DNA of 64,000 nt from the human T2T-CHM13v2.0 reference genome, Homo sapiens (GCF_009914755.1 NC_060933.1); one strand, 5' to 3'; counted from the first letter of the stretch, positions 31,801 through 43,518 are shown. The notes: generated by a model from the letters alone, not told the origin. Translations and numbers: made by a program.

Positions 31801-34800
31801 GTGGTTGGGTTACTTATAGCATAGGTGGCCATCAGTTCCCAGGTCTATATCCACTCCCCACTTGAAAATCAGGATCCAGGTGGATACCCATGTCCTAGGT
31901 GAACACCAGGTTCCAAATGAACATCAGGCTCCAAGTGAACACACAGGCCCCAGTTCAATACCAGCCTCAGGTAGACATCAGGACCCAGGTGGACCCCAGG
32001 CCCAATGTGCATGCCTAGTCTCTTGGAATACATCATTTTCAAGGTGGACACCCAGATTCCTCAAAGACATCTGGTGCCAGGTGGATATCTGGCTGCAGGT
32101 GGACATCAGGCCCCAGGTGGAGACCCAGTACACAGGTGTAAATCAGGCTCCAGTATTTCATCAGGCCCCAGTTTAACACTTGACTAAAGGTGTGCATCAA
32201 GACCCAGGTTGACAGCCAGGCTTCAGGTGCACACTAGGCCCAAAGTGTACACCTGTGCCAAGGTGGGCATCAGGCCCAAGGTGTACACCAGACCCCAAGT
32301 GGACATCAGGTTCCAGGTTGACACCAGTCTCTAGGTAGATCCTTAAACCCCAGTTGGTCATCAGGCCCAAGGTGGATACCTTGACCCCAGGGGGTCACCA
32401 GGTCTCAGGTCGACACTAAGCCCTAGGTTCAAGGTCTGAGATGGTTTCAGCCCCCATGTGGACTTTAGTCATAAGGAGCTTACCTAGGCCCTAAGTGGAC
32501 ATCAGGCCCCAGGTTGACACAATGAACCATGTAGAAGTCAGGCTGTAAGTAGACACCCAGGCCCTAGGTAAATACTTTGGTCCCAAGCCAACATCAGGCC
32601 CTATGTGGACACCCAGACTCCAGGCAGATGTCAGGCCCCAGGTGAACACTGAACTCAGGGTGGTCATCAGGCCCTAGGTTGACACATAGGCCTCAGGTAG
32701 ACAACAGGCACAGGTGAACTTCAGGCTCCAGATGAACGTCAGGCTCCAGGAAGAAATCTGTGCCCCAGTTAAAACCGGGTCTTAGGTAGACATCAGGCCT
32801 CAAATGGATGCCCAGGCCCCAGGTGGATATAAGGCCTCAGGCAAACACCAGGCCCCAGGTAGACATTAGACACGAGATGGACACTCAAGCCACAAGCGAA
32901 CATCTGTCCCCAGGTGGACATCCACCCAAGGTGGACATCAGGCCAGAGATGTACACCCAGGCCCCAGGAGAACCCCAGGCCCCAGGAGGACACTCAAGTG
33001 CCAGAAGGACACCCAGTCCCTAGGTAACTACAAGGCCCCAAGTGGACATGATGTTCCAGATGGATATGAGGCCCCAAGTGGATACTAGGCCCAGGTGGAC
33101 CCAGATCTCAGGGGCACACCAGGCCCCAGGGGAACACCAGGCCCTAGGTAAGCATGCAGTCCCAGGTGGACATCAGTTGCCAGGAGGACACCAGGACCCA
33201 GTTGCTCATCAAGCCACAGCTGAACACCAGTTCCCCATGAACACCAGTCCTCAGGTGGGCACCTAGTCCTCTTGTGTGCATCAGGTGCCAGGCTGACATA
33301 GGCACCAGCTGAACTCTGGGTCTCAGGTGAACATCAGATCCCAGGTTGTCACCCAGGCCCCAGGTGAACACCAGGTTTTAGGTGGACATGAGGTCCTAGG
33401 TGGATGTCTATGCTCCTGGTGAACCTCAGGCCCTAGTGGACACTCAGGCCCTTTATAGACATCTGGCTCCATGTGCACTCCCAGGGCCCAGGTAGACATG
33501 AGGCCCCAGAGGAACGCCAGTCCTTAATCACCTAAGACTGAATTCCCCTAGGGCTGGAGACTGAGTATTCACCTTGGGCCAAGGAATCTACCTGGGGCCA
33601 GATGTCGATCTGGGGCCTGATGTCTACTCAGGTTCAGCTGTCCACCTAGGGCAGGGTGTTTTTCTGGGACCCAGAGTCTACCTGAAATCTTGGTATCAAC
33701 CTAGGGCCTATGTGTCCACTTGGAGTCTGATGTGCACCTGAAGCCTGAGTTTTCACCTGGGATCTGATGAGCACCTGGGGCCCAGGTTTCCATCTGAAAC
33801 ATCAGGCTCTAGTTATACATCTGGGCCCCAGGTATACACTAGGCACCAAAAGAACTCCAGCCCCTATCTTAACATGAGGTCCTAGGTGAATGCCCAGGCC
33901 TCATGTCTACATAAGGCCTCAGGTAGACATGACTCCAGGCGGGCATCAGGCCTGATATTGGCTCTATGTCTCCACCCAAATCTCATGTTGAATTGTAATC
34001 CCCACGGGTTGAAGAATGGGCCTGGTGAATGGTGATTGAATCATGGGGGCAGACTTCCCACTTGGTGTTCTCGTGATAGAGTTCTTACGAGACCTGGTTA
34101 TTTGAAAGTGTGTAGCACATCCCCATTCTGTCTCCCTCCTCCTCCCACATGGTAAAAAGGGCTTGCTTCCTCTTGGCTTTACATCATGATTGTAAGTGTC
34201 CTGAGCCCGCCCAGTCATGCTCCCTATTAAGCCTGAAGAACTGTGGGTCAGTTAAACCTCTTTTCCTCATAAGTTGCCCAATATCAGGTAGTTTTTTATA
34301 ACTGTGAAAATGGACTAATACAAGGCCTTAGGATAACAACCATGCTTCAGGCCATAGGTGGACATCTGGCTGCAACTGGACACTATTCCCCAGGTGGATA
34401 CCTAGGCTCAAGGTTGACATTAGTCCCCAGGTAAACAACAAGCCCCAGGTGAATACCTATGCCCTAGCAGACATCAGGCCTCAGGCTGACACTCAGTCTA
34501 ACCTCAACATTAGGCTCCAGGTGGACGCCCAGACTCCAGGTGGATACTAGACCCCAGGGGTACCAGACTCCTGGTAGGCATAAGACCCCAGGAGGACACT
34601 AGAATCCAGGTGTACATAAAGCCACTGGTTGACACCAAGCCCTCAGATGAACACCAGGCCAACTAGTGGACGTTAGGCACATGAGAATACTTGGGCACCA
34701 GGTAGGTATCAGGCCCCAGGTAAACATCAAACTTCAGGTGGACATCATTCTCCATGTGAACTCTAGCCCCAGCTAAACATCAGGCTCCAGGTGGAAGCCC

Positions 34801-36855
34801 AGACCCCAGGAGCACTTCTGGCCACAGTTGAACATCTGTCTCCAGGTGAATATCAGACCATGGATGGATAGCAAGTCCCCAGGTGGACATCAGGTCAAAA
34901 GTGAATATAAGTCTCTAGGAAGACATCTGGCCCCAGGTGGATACTGAACTAGAGGTTTACATCAGGCCCCAGGTTGACACGCAGGCTCGGGTGGACATTA
35001 GGCCCCAGGTGGATACCTAGGCCCCTAGTAAACCTCAGATTCTAGGTTGACATTCAGGCCCCCAGTAGTCATTTGGCCCCAAGTGGACACTCAGGAGCCA
35101 AGTTCACATGATGTCTTAACTGGACACCAAGGGGCCAGTTTGATACCCAATCCTATGTGGGTGCCAGGTCCAAGGTTACACTCAAGCCCCAAGTGGACAC
35201 CAGGCCCTAGGTGAATAATACAACCCAGGTGGTCATTAGGCCCCAGAATGACACCAGTCCCCAGGTTAACAGGAAGCCCCCAGTGGGTACCTAGGCCCCA
35301 GCTGGACATCAGGCCCAATGTGGACACCCAGGATCAAGATGGACATCAGGACTCAGGTGGACATCTGGTGACAGGTGGACATCAAGCCTGGTGTGTACCT
35401 TGTCCCCGGGTGGTCATCAGGCCCCAGTTCAACACCAGTCCCCGGGTGGACTCCTCGGCTCCAGGTGGACATCCGGTCTTCAGCTGAACATCAGACCCCA
35501 GGTGAACTCCAGGTTTTAGGTGGACATTAGGCCCCTGGTGGACATAAAGTATCAGTGGACATCCATGCTGCAGGTGGACACCCAGGGCCCAGATGGGCAT
35601 CAGGCCCCATTTGGACATTGAGGCCCCAGGTGGATATCAGGCCTCAGGTGAACCCTAGGTCCAACATAGACATCAGGCCTTAGGTTGACACTCAAGCACC
35701 AGATGGACTGCTGCACCTAAGCAGAAAACAGACCCTTATCTGGATATCTAAGATACAGGTATACAACAAGCCCCAGGCTGACATCCAGAACCCAGGTGGA
35801 CACCATACCCCAGGTGAACAGCAGGCAACAGTTTGGCACCAAGTACCTAAGTGAAACAAAGCCTTAGGTGATTACCAGGCCATAGGTAGTCATTAGTCTC
35901 CAGCTGGACAATAGTCCCTAGGTGGATACCCAGGCCCCAGGTGGACACTAGACCCCAGATTAACACAAAAACCAAGTAAAAAATCAAGCCCCAAGTGGAC
36001 AACCAGGCCCTAGGTAAATACACAAATCTCAAGCTGACACCAGGCCCTATTTGGACACCCAAGCCCTAGGTGGACTTCGGACCCCAGGTGAACACTGAAC
36101 TCTAGAAGGTCTTCAGGCCCTGTGTTGACTACCTGGCCCCAGGGAGACACCAGGCATAGATGAACTTCAGGCACCAGCTGTACATCAGGTTCCAGGCAAA
36201 TGTCCAGGCCCCAGGTGGGTATCACACCTCAGATGAACACCAGGCCCCAGGTAGACATCACAAACCAGGTGGACACTCAGGCCCCTACTGAATATCCGTC
36301 CCCAGGTGGACATCTGTCCCAAGGTGGACACGAGGCCACAGATGTACACTTAAGCCTAAGGCAGACCCCAGTCCCCAGGAAAACTCCAGGCTCCATGAGG
36401 GCACTCAGACCCCAGATGGATGCACTGGTCCTAGGTAAATACAAGGCCCCAGGTAGACAGCAGGCCCCAGTGAACACTGGAGCCCAGGTGGGTACCTAGT
36501 CCCCAGGTGTGCATCAGGCAGAAGGTTGACCCAGTCCCCAGCTGAACTCTGGGCCCCAGCTGAACATCATAACCCAGATGGTCACCCAGGCTCCAGGTGA
36601 ACACATGGTCTTAGGTGGACATCAGGCCCCACATGAACACCCAAGCCCCAGGTAGAGATCAGGCCTTAGGTGTACACCAGACCTCAGGTGGGCATCTGGC
36701 TCCAGATGGCCATAGGTGGATAACTAAGCCTCTCGTGGATATCAGGCCCCAGGTGGGCACCAGGCTCCAGGCGAACATCTAGCCCCAGGGGGACATCCAG
36801 CCCCTGGTGGACATCAGGGCTCACATGGATAAACAGTTTACAGATGGACACCTGC
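28880..36855. repeat. Degenerate GC-rich, CpG-poor satellite of ~19/20-bp units (consensus ~CCCCAGGTGGACATCAGG / CCCCAGGTGGACACCCAGG), mixed polarity
   Basis: Hundreds of diverged units. CCACCTGGGG polarity at 28880-~31558 and ~33540-33795; CCCCAGGTGG polarity elsewhere. I cannot assign a named family. Confidence 0.93.
33953..34322 (+). mobile_element. Solo MaLR LTR (THE1D/MSTA-like) inside the satellite
   Basis: TGATAT...GGACTAATACA, 370 bp; 5-bp TSD AGGCC at 33948-33952 and 34323-34327. Confidence 0.92.
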
Positions 36856-39800
36856 CACAGGTGCCTCACCTCTACTCCCTGAAACCTCACTTCCCCTCAT
36901 GGGCCTTCTGTCCGACTTGCGGTACCCCTAGCCGCCCTAGGCACACACTGGACTCGAACCAGGGGTGCCAGGGTCCCTGGGGCTCAGCGCAAGGGTTCAT
37001 GGGAATACACTTTCGTCCGTGGGGGACCCAGTCCTCACTTCTCGGCGGCGCAGTTTTTTTTTTCTCTGCCCCAGGTGCCTCACCTTCCCCTCATGGGCCT
37101 TCTGTCCACCTTGTGGTACCCCTGGCGGCCCGAGGCGCACCCTGGGCTCGAACCAGGGATGCCAGGGTCCCCAGGGCACAGCGCAAGGGCTGATGGGGAG
37201 ACACTTTCTTCCGTGGGGGTCCCAGGCCCCGCTTCTCCGTGGCGCGTTTTTTTTCCCTCTGCCCCAGGTGGGTCACCTTCCCCTCATGGGTCTTCTGCCC
37301 GCTTTGGGGTACCCCTAGTGGCCCCAGGCACACGCTGGGCTCAAATAAGGGTGGCCAGGGTCCCCGGGGCCCAGCGCAAGGGTTGATGGGAAGACACTTT
37401 CACCCGTGGGGGACCCAGGCCCCGCTTCTCCGCAGCACTGTGTTTTGTTTTTTTTTTTCTCTGCCCCAGGTGACTCACTTTCCCCTCATGGGCCTTCTGC
37501 CCACTTTGGGTTACCCCTAGCAGGCCAGAGGCGCACCCTGCATTCGAGCCAGGGACGACAGGGTCCCCGGGGCCCAGCACAAGGGCGGATGAGACGGCAC
37601 TTTCGTCCTTGGGGGACCCAGGCCCTGCTTCTCTGTGGCGCGGTTTTTTTTTTCTTTTATGCCACAGGTGCCATACCTCTCCTCCCTCAAACCTCACCTT
37701 CCCCTCATAGGCTTTCTGCCCGCCATGGGGTACCCCAAGAGGCCCGAAGCGCACCCTGGTCTTGAACCAGGGATGCCAGGGTCCCCTGGGCCCAGCTCAG
37801 GGGCTGATGGGAAGACACTTTCTTCCGTGGGGGACCCAGGCCCCGCTTCTCCGCAGCACAGTTTTTTTTTTTCTCTGCCTCAGGTGCCTCACCTACCCCT
37901 CATGGGCCTTCTGCCCGCTTCTGGGTACCCCTAGCGGGCCCAAGGCGCACCCTGGGCTCGAACCAGGGTCGCCAGTGTCCGCGAGGTCCAGCGCAAGGCC
38001 TGATGGGAAGGCACTTTCGTCAGTGGGGGACACAGGCCCAGCTTCACTGCGGCGCGGTTTTTTTTTTTTCCTGCCACAGGTGCCTCACCTTCCCGTCATG
38101 GGCTTTCTGTCCGCCTTGGGGTACCCCCAGCGGCCCGAGGCGCACCCTGGGCTCGAACCAGGGATGCCAGGGTCCCTGGGGCCTAGCACCGGGTCTGATG
38201 GGAAGGCACTTTCTTTCGTGGGGAACCCAGGCCTCCCTTCTCCGTGGCGAGGTTTTTTCCTTTTTTCTCCGCCCCAGGTGCCTCACCTTCCCCTCATGGG
38301 CTTCTGCCCACTTTGGGGTACGGCTAGCGGCCCGAGGCGCACACTGGGTTCGAACCAGGGTCGCCAGGGTGCACGGGGCCAAGCGCAGGGGCTAATGGTA
38401 AAGCACTTTCGTCCGTGGGGGACCCAGGCCCCCCTTCTCCGTGGCGCGTTTTTATTTTTTCTGCCATAGGTGCCTCACCTCTCCTCCCTCAAACCTCACC
38501 TTCGCCTCATGGGCCTTTTGCCCGCCTTGGGGTACCCCTAGTGGCCCGAGGCGAACCATGGGGTCGAACCAGGGACGCCAGGGTTCCCGGGGCCCAGTGC
38601 AAGGGCTGATAGGAAGACACTTTCGTCCGTGGGGGACCCAGGCACCGCTTCTCCGCGGCGCAGTTTTTTTTTTTTTCTTTTGGCTGCCCCAGGTACCTCA
38701 CCTTCCCCTCATGAGCCATCTGCCTGATTTGGAGGTACCCCTAGTGGACCGAGGCGCACCCTCGGCTCGAATCAGGGTCGTCAGGGTCCCCGGGGCGCAG
38801 CGCAAGGGCTGATGGGAAGACACTTTCGTCCGTGGCGGACCCAGGCCCCGCTTCTCTGCGGTGCGGTTTTTTTGTTTTTTTTTGTCTGCCACAGGTGCCT
38901 CACCTCTCCTCCCTCAAACCTCAACTTCCCCTCATGGGCTTTCTGCCCGCCTCGGGGTACCCCTAACGGCCCGAGGCGCACCCTGGGTTTGAGCCAAGGT
39001 CGCCAGGGTCCACGGGGCTCAGCGCAGGGCCTGATGGGAAGGCACCTTCGTCCGTGGGGGACCCATGCCCTGCTTCTCCGTGGCGCGTTTTTTTTTCTGC
39101 CACAGGTGCCTCACCGCTCCTCCCTCAAACCTCACCTTCCCCTCATGGGCCTTCTGTCTGCCTTGGGGTACACCTAGCGGCCCGAGGTGCACTGTGGGCT
39201 CGAACCAGGGAAGCCAGGGTCCCTGTGGCCCAGCGCAAGGGCTGATGGGAAGACACTTTCGTCCGCTGGGGGGACCCAGTCCCCGCTTCTCCGCGGCGAG
39301 GTTTTTTTTTTTTTTTTTTGTCTGCCCCAGGTGCCTCACCTTCCCCTCATGGGCCTTCTGCACACTTTGGGGTACCCCTAGCGGCCCGAGGCGCACCCTG
39401 GGCTCGAACCATGGAGGCCAGGTTCCATGGGGCCAAGCGCAGTGGCTGATGGGAAGGCACTTTCGTCCCTGGGAGACCCAGGCACCAGTTCTCCGCTGCG
39501 AGGTTTTTTTGTTTTTTTTTTTTTTTTTTTTTTTTCTGCCACAGGTGCCTCATCTCTCCTGCCTCAAACCTCAGCTGAAACTTTTGGGCCTTCTTTCCTC
39601 CTTGGGGTACTCGTAGCAGCCTGAGGCGCAGCGTGGGCTCGAACCAGGGATGTCAGCGTCCTCGGGACCCAGCTCAAGGGCTGACGGAAAGACACTTTCG
39701 TCAGTGGGGGACCCAGGCCCCGCTTCTCCGCTGCGCGGTTTTTCTTCTTTCTCTGCCGCAGGTGCCTCACCTTCCCCTCATGGGCTTTCTGCTCTCCTTG

Positions 39801-42722
39801 GGGTACCCCTAGCGGGTCCAAGGTGCACCCTGGTTTCCAGCCAGGGACACCAGGTTCCCCAGGGCCCAGCGCAGGGGCTGATGGGAAGGCACCTTCGTCC
39901 GTGGAGGAGCCAGGCCCCGCTTTTCTGCAAGCGCGGTTTTTTTTTCCTTTGCCCCAGGTGTCTTACCTTCCTCTCATGGGCTTTCTGCCGGCTTCTGGGT
40001 AACCCTAGCGGGCGCGAAGCGCACTTGGGGCTCGAACCAGGGTTGCCAGGGTCCATGGAGCCCAGGGCAGGGGCTGATGGGAAGACACTTTCATCCGTGG
40101 GGGACCCAGGTCCCGCTTCTTTGCGGCGCGGTTTTTTTTTTTCTCTGCCCCAGGTGTCTCACCTTCCCCTAATGAGCATTCTGCCCGCTTTGGGATACCC
40201 CTATTGGGCACGAGGCGCACCCTGGGCTCTAACCAGGGTCGCCAGTGTCCATGGGGCCCAGCGCAGGGGCTGATGGGAAGGCACTTTCGTCCCTTGGGGA
40301 CCCAGGCCCCGCTTCTCCGCGGCGTGTTTTTTTTTTTTTTTTTTCCTGCCACAGTTGCCTCACGTCTCCTCCCTCAAACCTCACCTTCCCCTCATGGGCC
40401 TTCTGTCCGACTTGGGGTACCCCTAGTGGCCAGACGCACACCCTGGGTTCGAAACTGGGACACCAGGGTCCCCGGGGCCCAGCGCAAGGGCTGATGCGAA
40501 GACACTTTCTTCCTCGGGGACCCAGGCTCTGCTTCTCTGCGACGTTTTTGTTTTTGTTTTTTTCGCTTTTCCCCAGGTGCCTCACCTTCCCCTCATGGGC
40601 TTTCTGCCCGCCTTGAGGTACCACTAGCGGGCCCGAAGCGCACCCTGGTTTCGAGCCAGGGACGCTAGGGTCTCCGGGGCCCAGTTCAGGGCTGATGGGT
40701 AGGGACGTTCGTCTGTGGGGGACCCAGGCCCCACTTCTGGGCGGCGCAGTTTTTTTATTTTTTTCTCTGCCCCAGGTGTCTCACCTTTCCCTCATGGGCC
40801 TTCTGTCTGCCTTGGGGTACCCCTAGCAGGCCGAGGCGCATGCTGGGCTCGAGCCAGGGATACCAGGGTCCCTGGGGCGCAGCGCAAGCGCTGATGTGAG
40901 GACAGTTTCTTCTGTGGGGGAGCCAGGCCCCGCTTATAGGCGGCGCGGTTTTTTTTTTTTTTTTTCCTCTGCCCCAGGTGCATCACCTTCCCCTCATGGG
41001 CCTTCTGCCCGCTTTTGGGCACCCCTAGCGGCCTGAAGCGCACCCTGGTCTCGAACCAGGAATGCCAGGGTCACCTGGGCCCAGCGCAAGGGCTGATGGG
41101 AAGACACTTTTGTCCGTTGGGGACCCAGGCTCTGCTTCTCCGTGGTGCGGTTTTTTTTTTTTTCTGCCACAGGTGCCTCACCTCGCCTTCCTCAAACCTC
41201 AACTGCCCCTCATGGGATTTCTGCCCGCTTGTCTTCCGAGGCTGCGGTGTGGATCTCGCACTGCGGCCGCCTCGCCTTGGCTGGGGAGAACCTCGGTGGG
41301 TAGGATTCAGAGGGGCTTTTGGTTTCCCATTTTCCACACTGAACCCTTCTAACTGGTCTCTGACCCTGATTATTAAGGGCTGCAAACAGGAAGGATTTTA
41401 TTCACCATTGATGCGGCTCCGAGTAGTCCCAAAGCGAGGCAGTGCCCACAAGGTCTGTGCTGAGAAGGCTGCTCTGCCTTCGCGGTGTCTCCCGGGTGTG
41501 TGCTGAGCAGAACGCAGCTCCGCCCTCGCGGTGCCCCTGGCCCGCCCGCCCGGGTCTGTGCTGAGGAGAACATGCTCCGCTTCGCTGTATCTCCGAAGTC
41601 TGTGCAGAGGAGAACTCAGCTCCGCCCTGGCAATGCTCTCCGGGTCTGTGCTGAGGAGAAGGCAGCTCCGCCCTCGCAAAGGCACAGGGCGCCGGCGCAG
41701 GCGCAGAGAGGCGCACGGGGGTACCCCTAGCGGGCTCGAGGCCCACCCGTGGCTTGAACCAGGGTCTCCAGGGTCCACAGGGCCCAGAGCAGGAGCTGAT
41801 GGGAAGGCATTTTCATCGTGGGGGACCCAGGCCCTGCTTCTCCGTGGCGCGGGTTGTTTTTTTTTCTTTTTCTGTGACAGGTGCCTCACCACTCCTCCCT
41901 CAAAACTCACCTTCCCTCATGGGCTTTGTGCTCCCAAAGCTCCCCTTGGGGTGCACGTAGCGGCTGAGGCACACCCTGAGCTCGAACCAGGGACACCAGG
42001 GTCCCCGGGTCCCAGTGCAGGGACTGATGGGAAGACACTTTCGTCCGTGGGGAATCAGGCCGCGCTTCTCTGCAGCGAAGTTTTTTTTTTCTCTGCCCCA
42101 GGTGCCTCGCCTTCCCCTTATGGGCTTTCTGCCCACCTTGGGGTAACACTAGTGGCCCGAGGCGTACCCTGGGATCAAACCAGGGACGCCAGGGACCTCA
42201 GTGCCAAGCGAACGGGCTAAGGAGAAGACAATTTCCTCCGTGAGGGACCCAGGCACTGCTTCTCGGCGGCGCGTTTCTTTACTTTCTCTGCCTCAGGTGC
42301 CTCACCTTCCGCTCATGGACCATTTGTTCGCTTTCTGGTACCGCAAGCGGTCCCGAAGCGCACCCTGGGCTCGAACCAGGGTCGTCACTGTCCACTCTGC
42401 CCAGGGTACAGCATAATGGGAAGGCACTTTCATCCATGGGGGACCCAGGCCCCACTTGTCTGAGGCGAGGTCTCCTGTTTTTTTCCTGCCCCTGGTGCCT
42501 CACCTCTATTCCCACAAACTTCAAATTCAACTCATGGGCCTTCTGTCCGAGTTGGGGTACCCCTAGTGGCCCGACGCGCACCCTGGGCGCCAACGACGGA
42601 TGCCAGGGTCCCTGGGGACCAGCGCAAGGGCTGATGGGAAGACATTTTCGTCAGTAGATGACCCAGAAACCGCTTGGCGATGCATTTTTTTCTCTGCCCC
42701 AGGTGCCTCAACTTCCCCCCAT
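36855..42722. repeat. Gamma-satellite array (GSATII-like), ~27 monomers of ~190-225 bp, interrupted at 41231-41716
   Basis: Tandem monomer 'gccccaggtgcctcaccttcccctcatggg...ggggtacccctagcggcccgaggcgcaccctgggctcgaaccaggg...gctgatgggaagacactttcgtccgtgggggacccaggcc...(T)n'. Tandem structure is certain; family name from recall. Confidence 0.82.
41231..41716 (+). repeat. TAR1 (telomere-associated repeat) fragment at an interstitial position
   Basis: About five 'gtctgtgctgaggagaac..agctccgcc' units and one 'gcgccggcgcaggcgcagagagg' 29-bp-type unit, matching the human subtelomeric 37/29-bp repeat block. Confidence 0.88.
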
Positions 42723-43518
42723 CAGCCTCCTGTCTCTCTGCACCTGCGCCGGCGCCGTGCTCTTCTCTGCGCCGCCACCGTTGCTGGGGGATGGGTCCCT
42801 GAGACTTGGCGAAGTAGGAGTACTGGACTCGTGCACAGGCCCTGTCTCGCAGGTTTTCAGGTGCGCTTGGCGTTTCCTCCGCTTTGAGGGGCAGGTCTCC
42901 AGTGGCCCCCGGGCGCAGGCCTGGACATCACTGTCCGTCTCATCGTCGCCCACTACGGCCTCAGAGACACAGGCTCACTGCATGTGCTCTTGGGGGACGT
43001 CAGTGCCACGTGTGGTCACACTGGCTCCGGCTCGGACTAGCCTCTGTCTCTCTTTGCCCGTGTCGCCGGAAGCCGCGTCGAGATGCCGGAGCCCCCGGGC
43101 CTTGGAGATGAAGGCAGGCCCCTGCTCCACCCAGGAAGGAGGGAGGCAGTGGGCTCGTGGGTCAGTGCCTTTGCAGGCGACAGCACGCCTTGCGGCCCTG
43201 GGGATCTTTCTGTGCCCCGGCGAGAGCCTTTCCGCCTCACTGCATTGTAACCCCATTCCCGATCACCGGGTGGGATCCATCATCGGATCCCAAGAGGAGT
43301 CCGCGCAGCCCAGCCGACACCCCGAAGCTCCTCCTTCACCGAGAACCCAAGCAGAAGACCGATCAAGGAGGTCCTGACGACAGGACTCCTATGGGTCCGA
43401 CCCTGGGTCTCCCGCAGGCCCCTCTGGTAGTCCTCTTCCCACCCGCCGCCCGGGGCTGCGCCGCAGCCGCCGCCGCAACCTCCAGCACCGCCGCCCCAGT
43501 CCCCGCAGCCGCCGCGTC

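Noticed and set aside
28880-36855. CTCF-site array in the 19/20-bp satellite
   Set aside because: GCCCCAGGTGGAC only partly matches the CTCF core; it cannot be supported without a motif scan.
41231-41716. Telomere-fusion site or true subtelomere
   Set aside because: No (TTAGGG)n or (CCCTAA)n tract, and gamma satellite continues in register on both sides.
28880-42722. Many overlapping 60-235 aa ORFs in the satellite arrays
   Set aside because: They are by-products of GC-rich tandem repeats with few stop codons; the peptides are repetitive and broken by variable T tracts.
36855-42722. CRISPR-like regular spacing
   Set aside because: Whole monomers are homologous, there are no unique spacers or cas genes, and the context is primate DNA.
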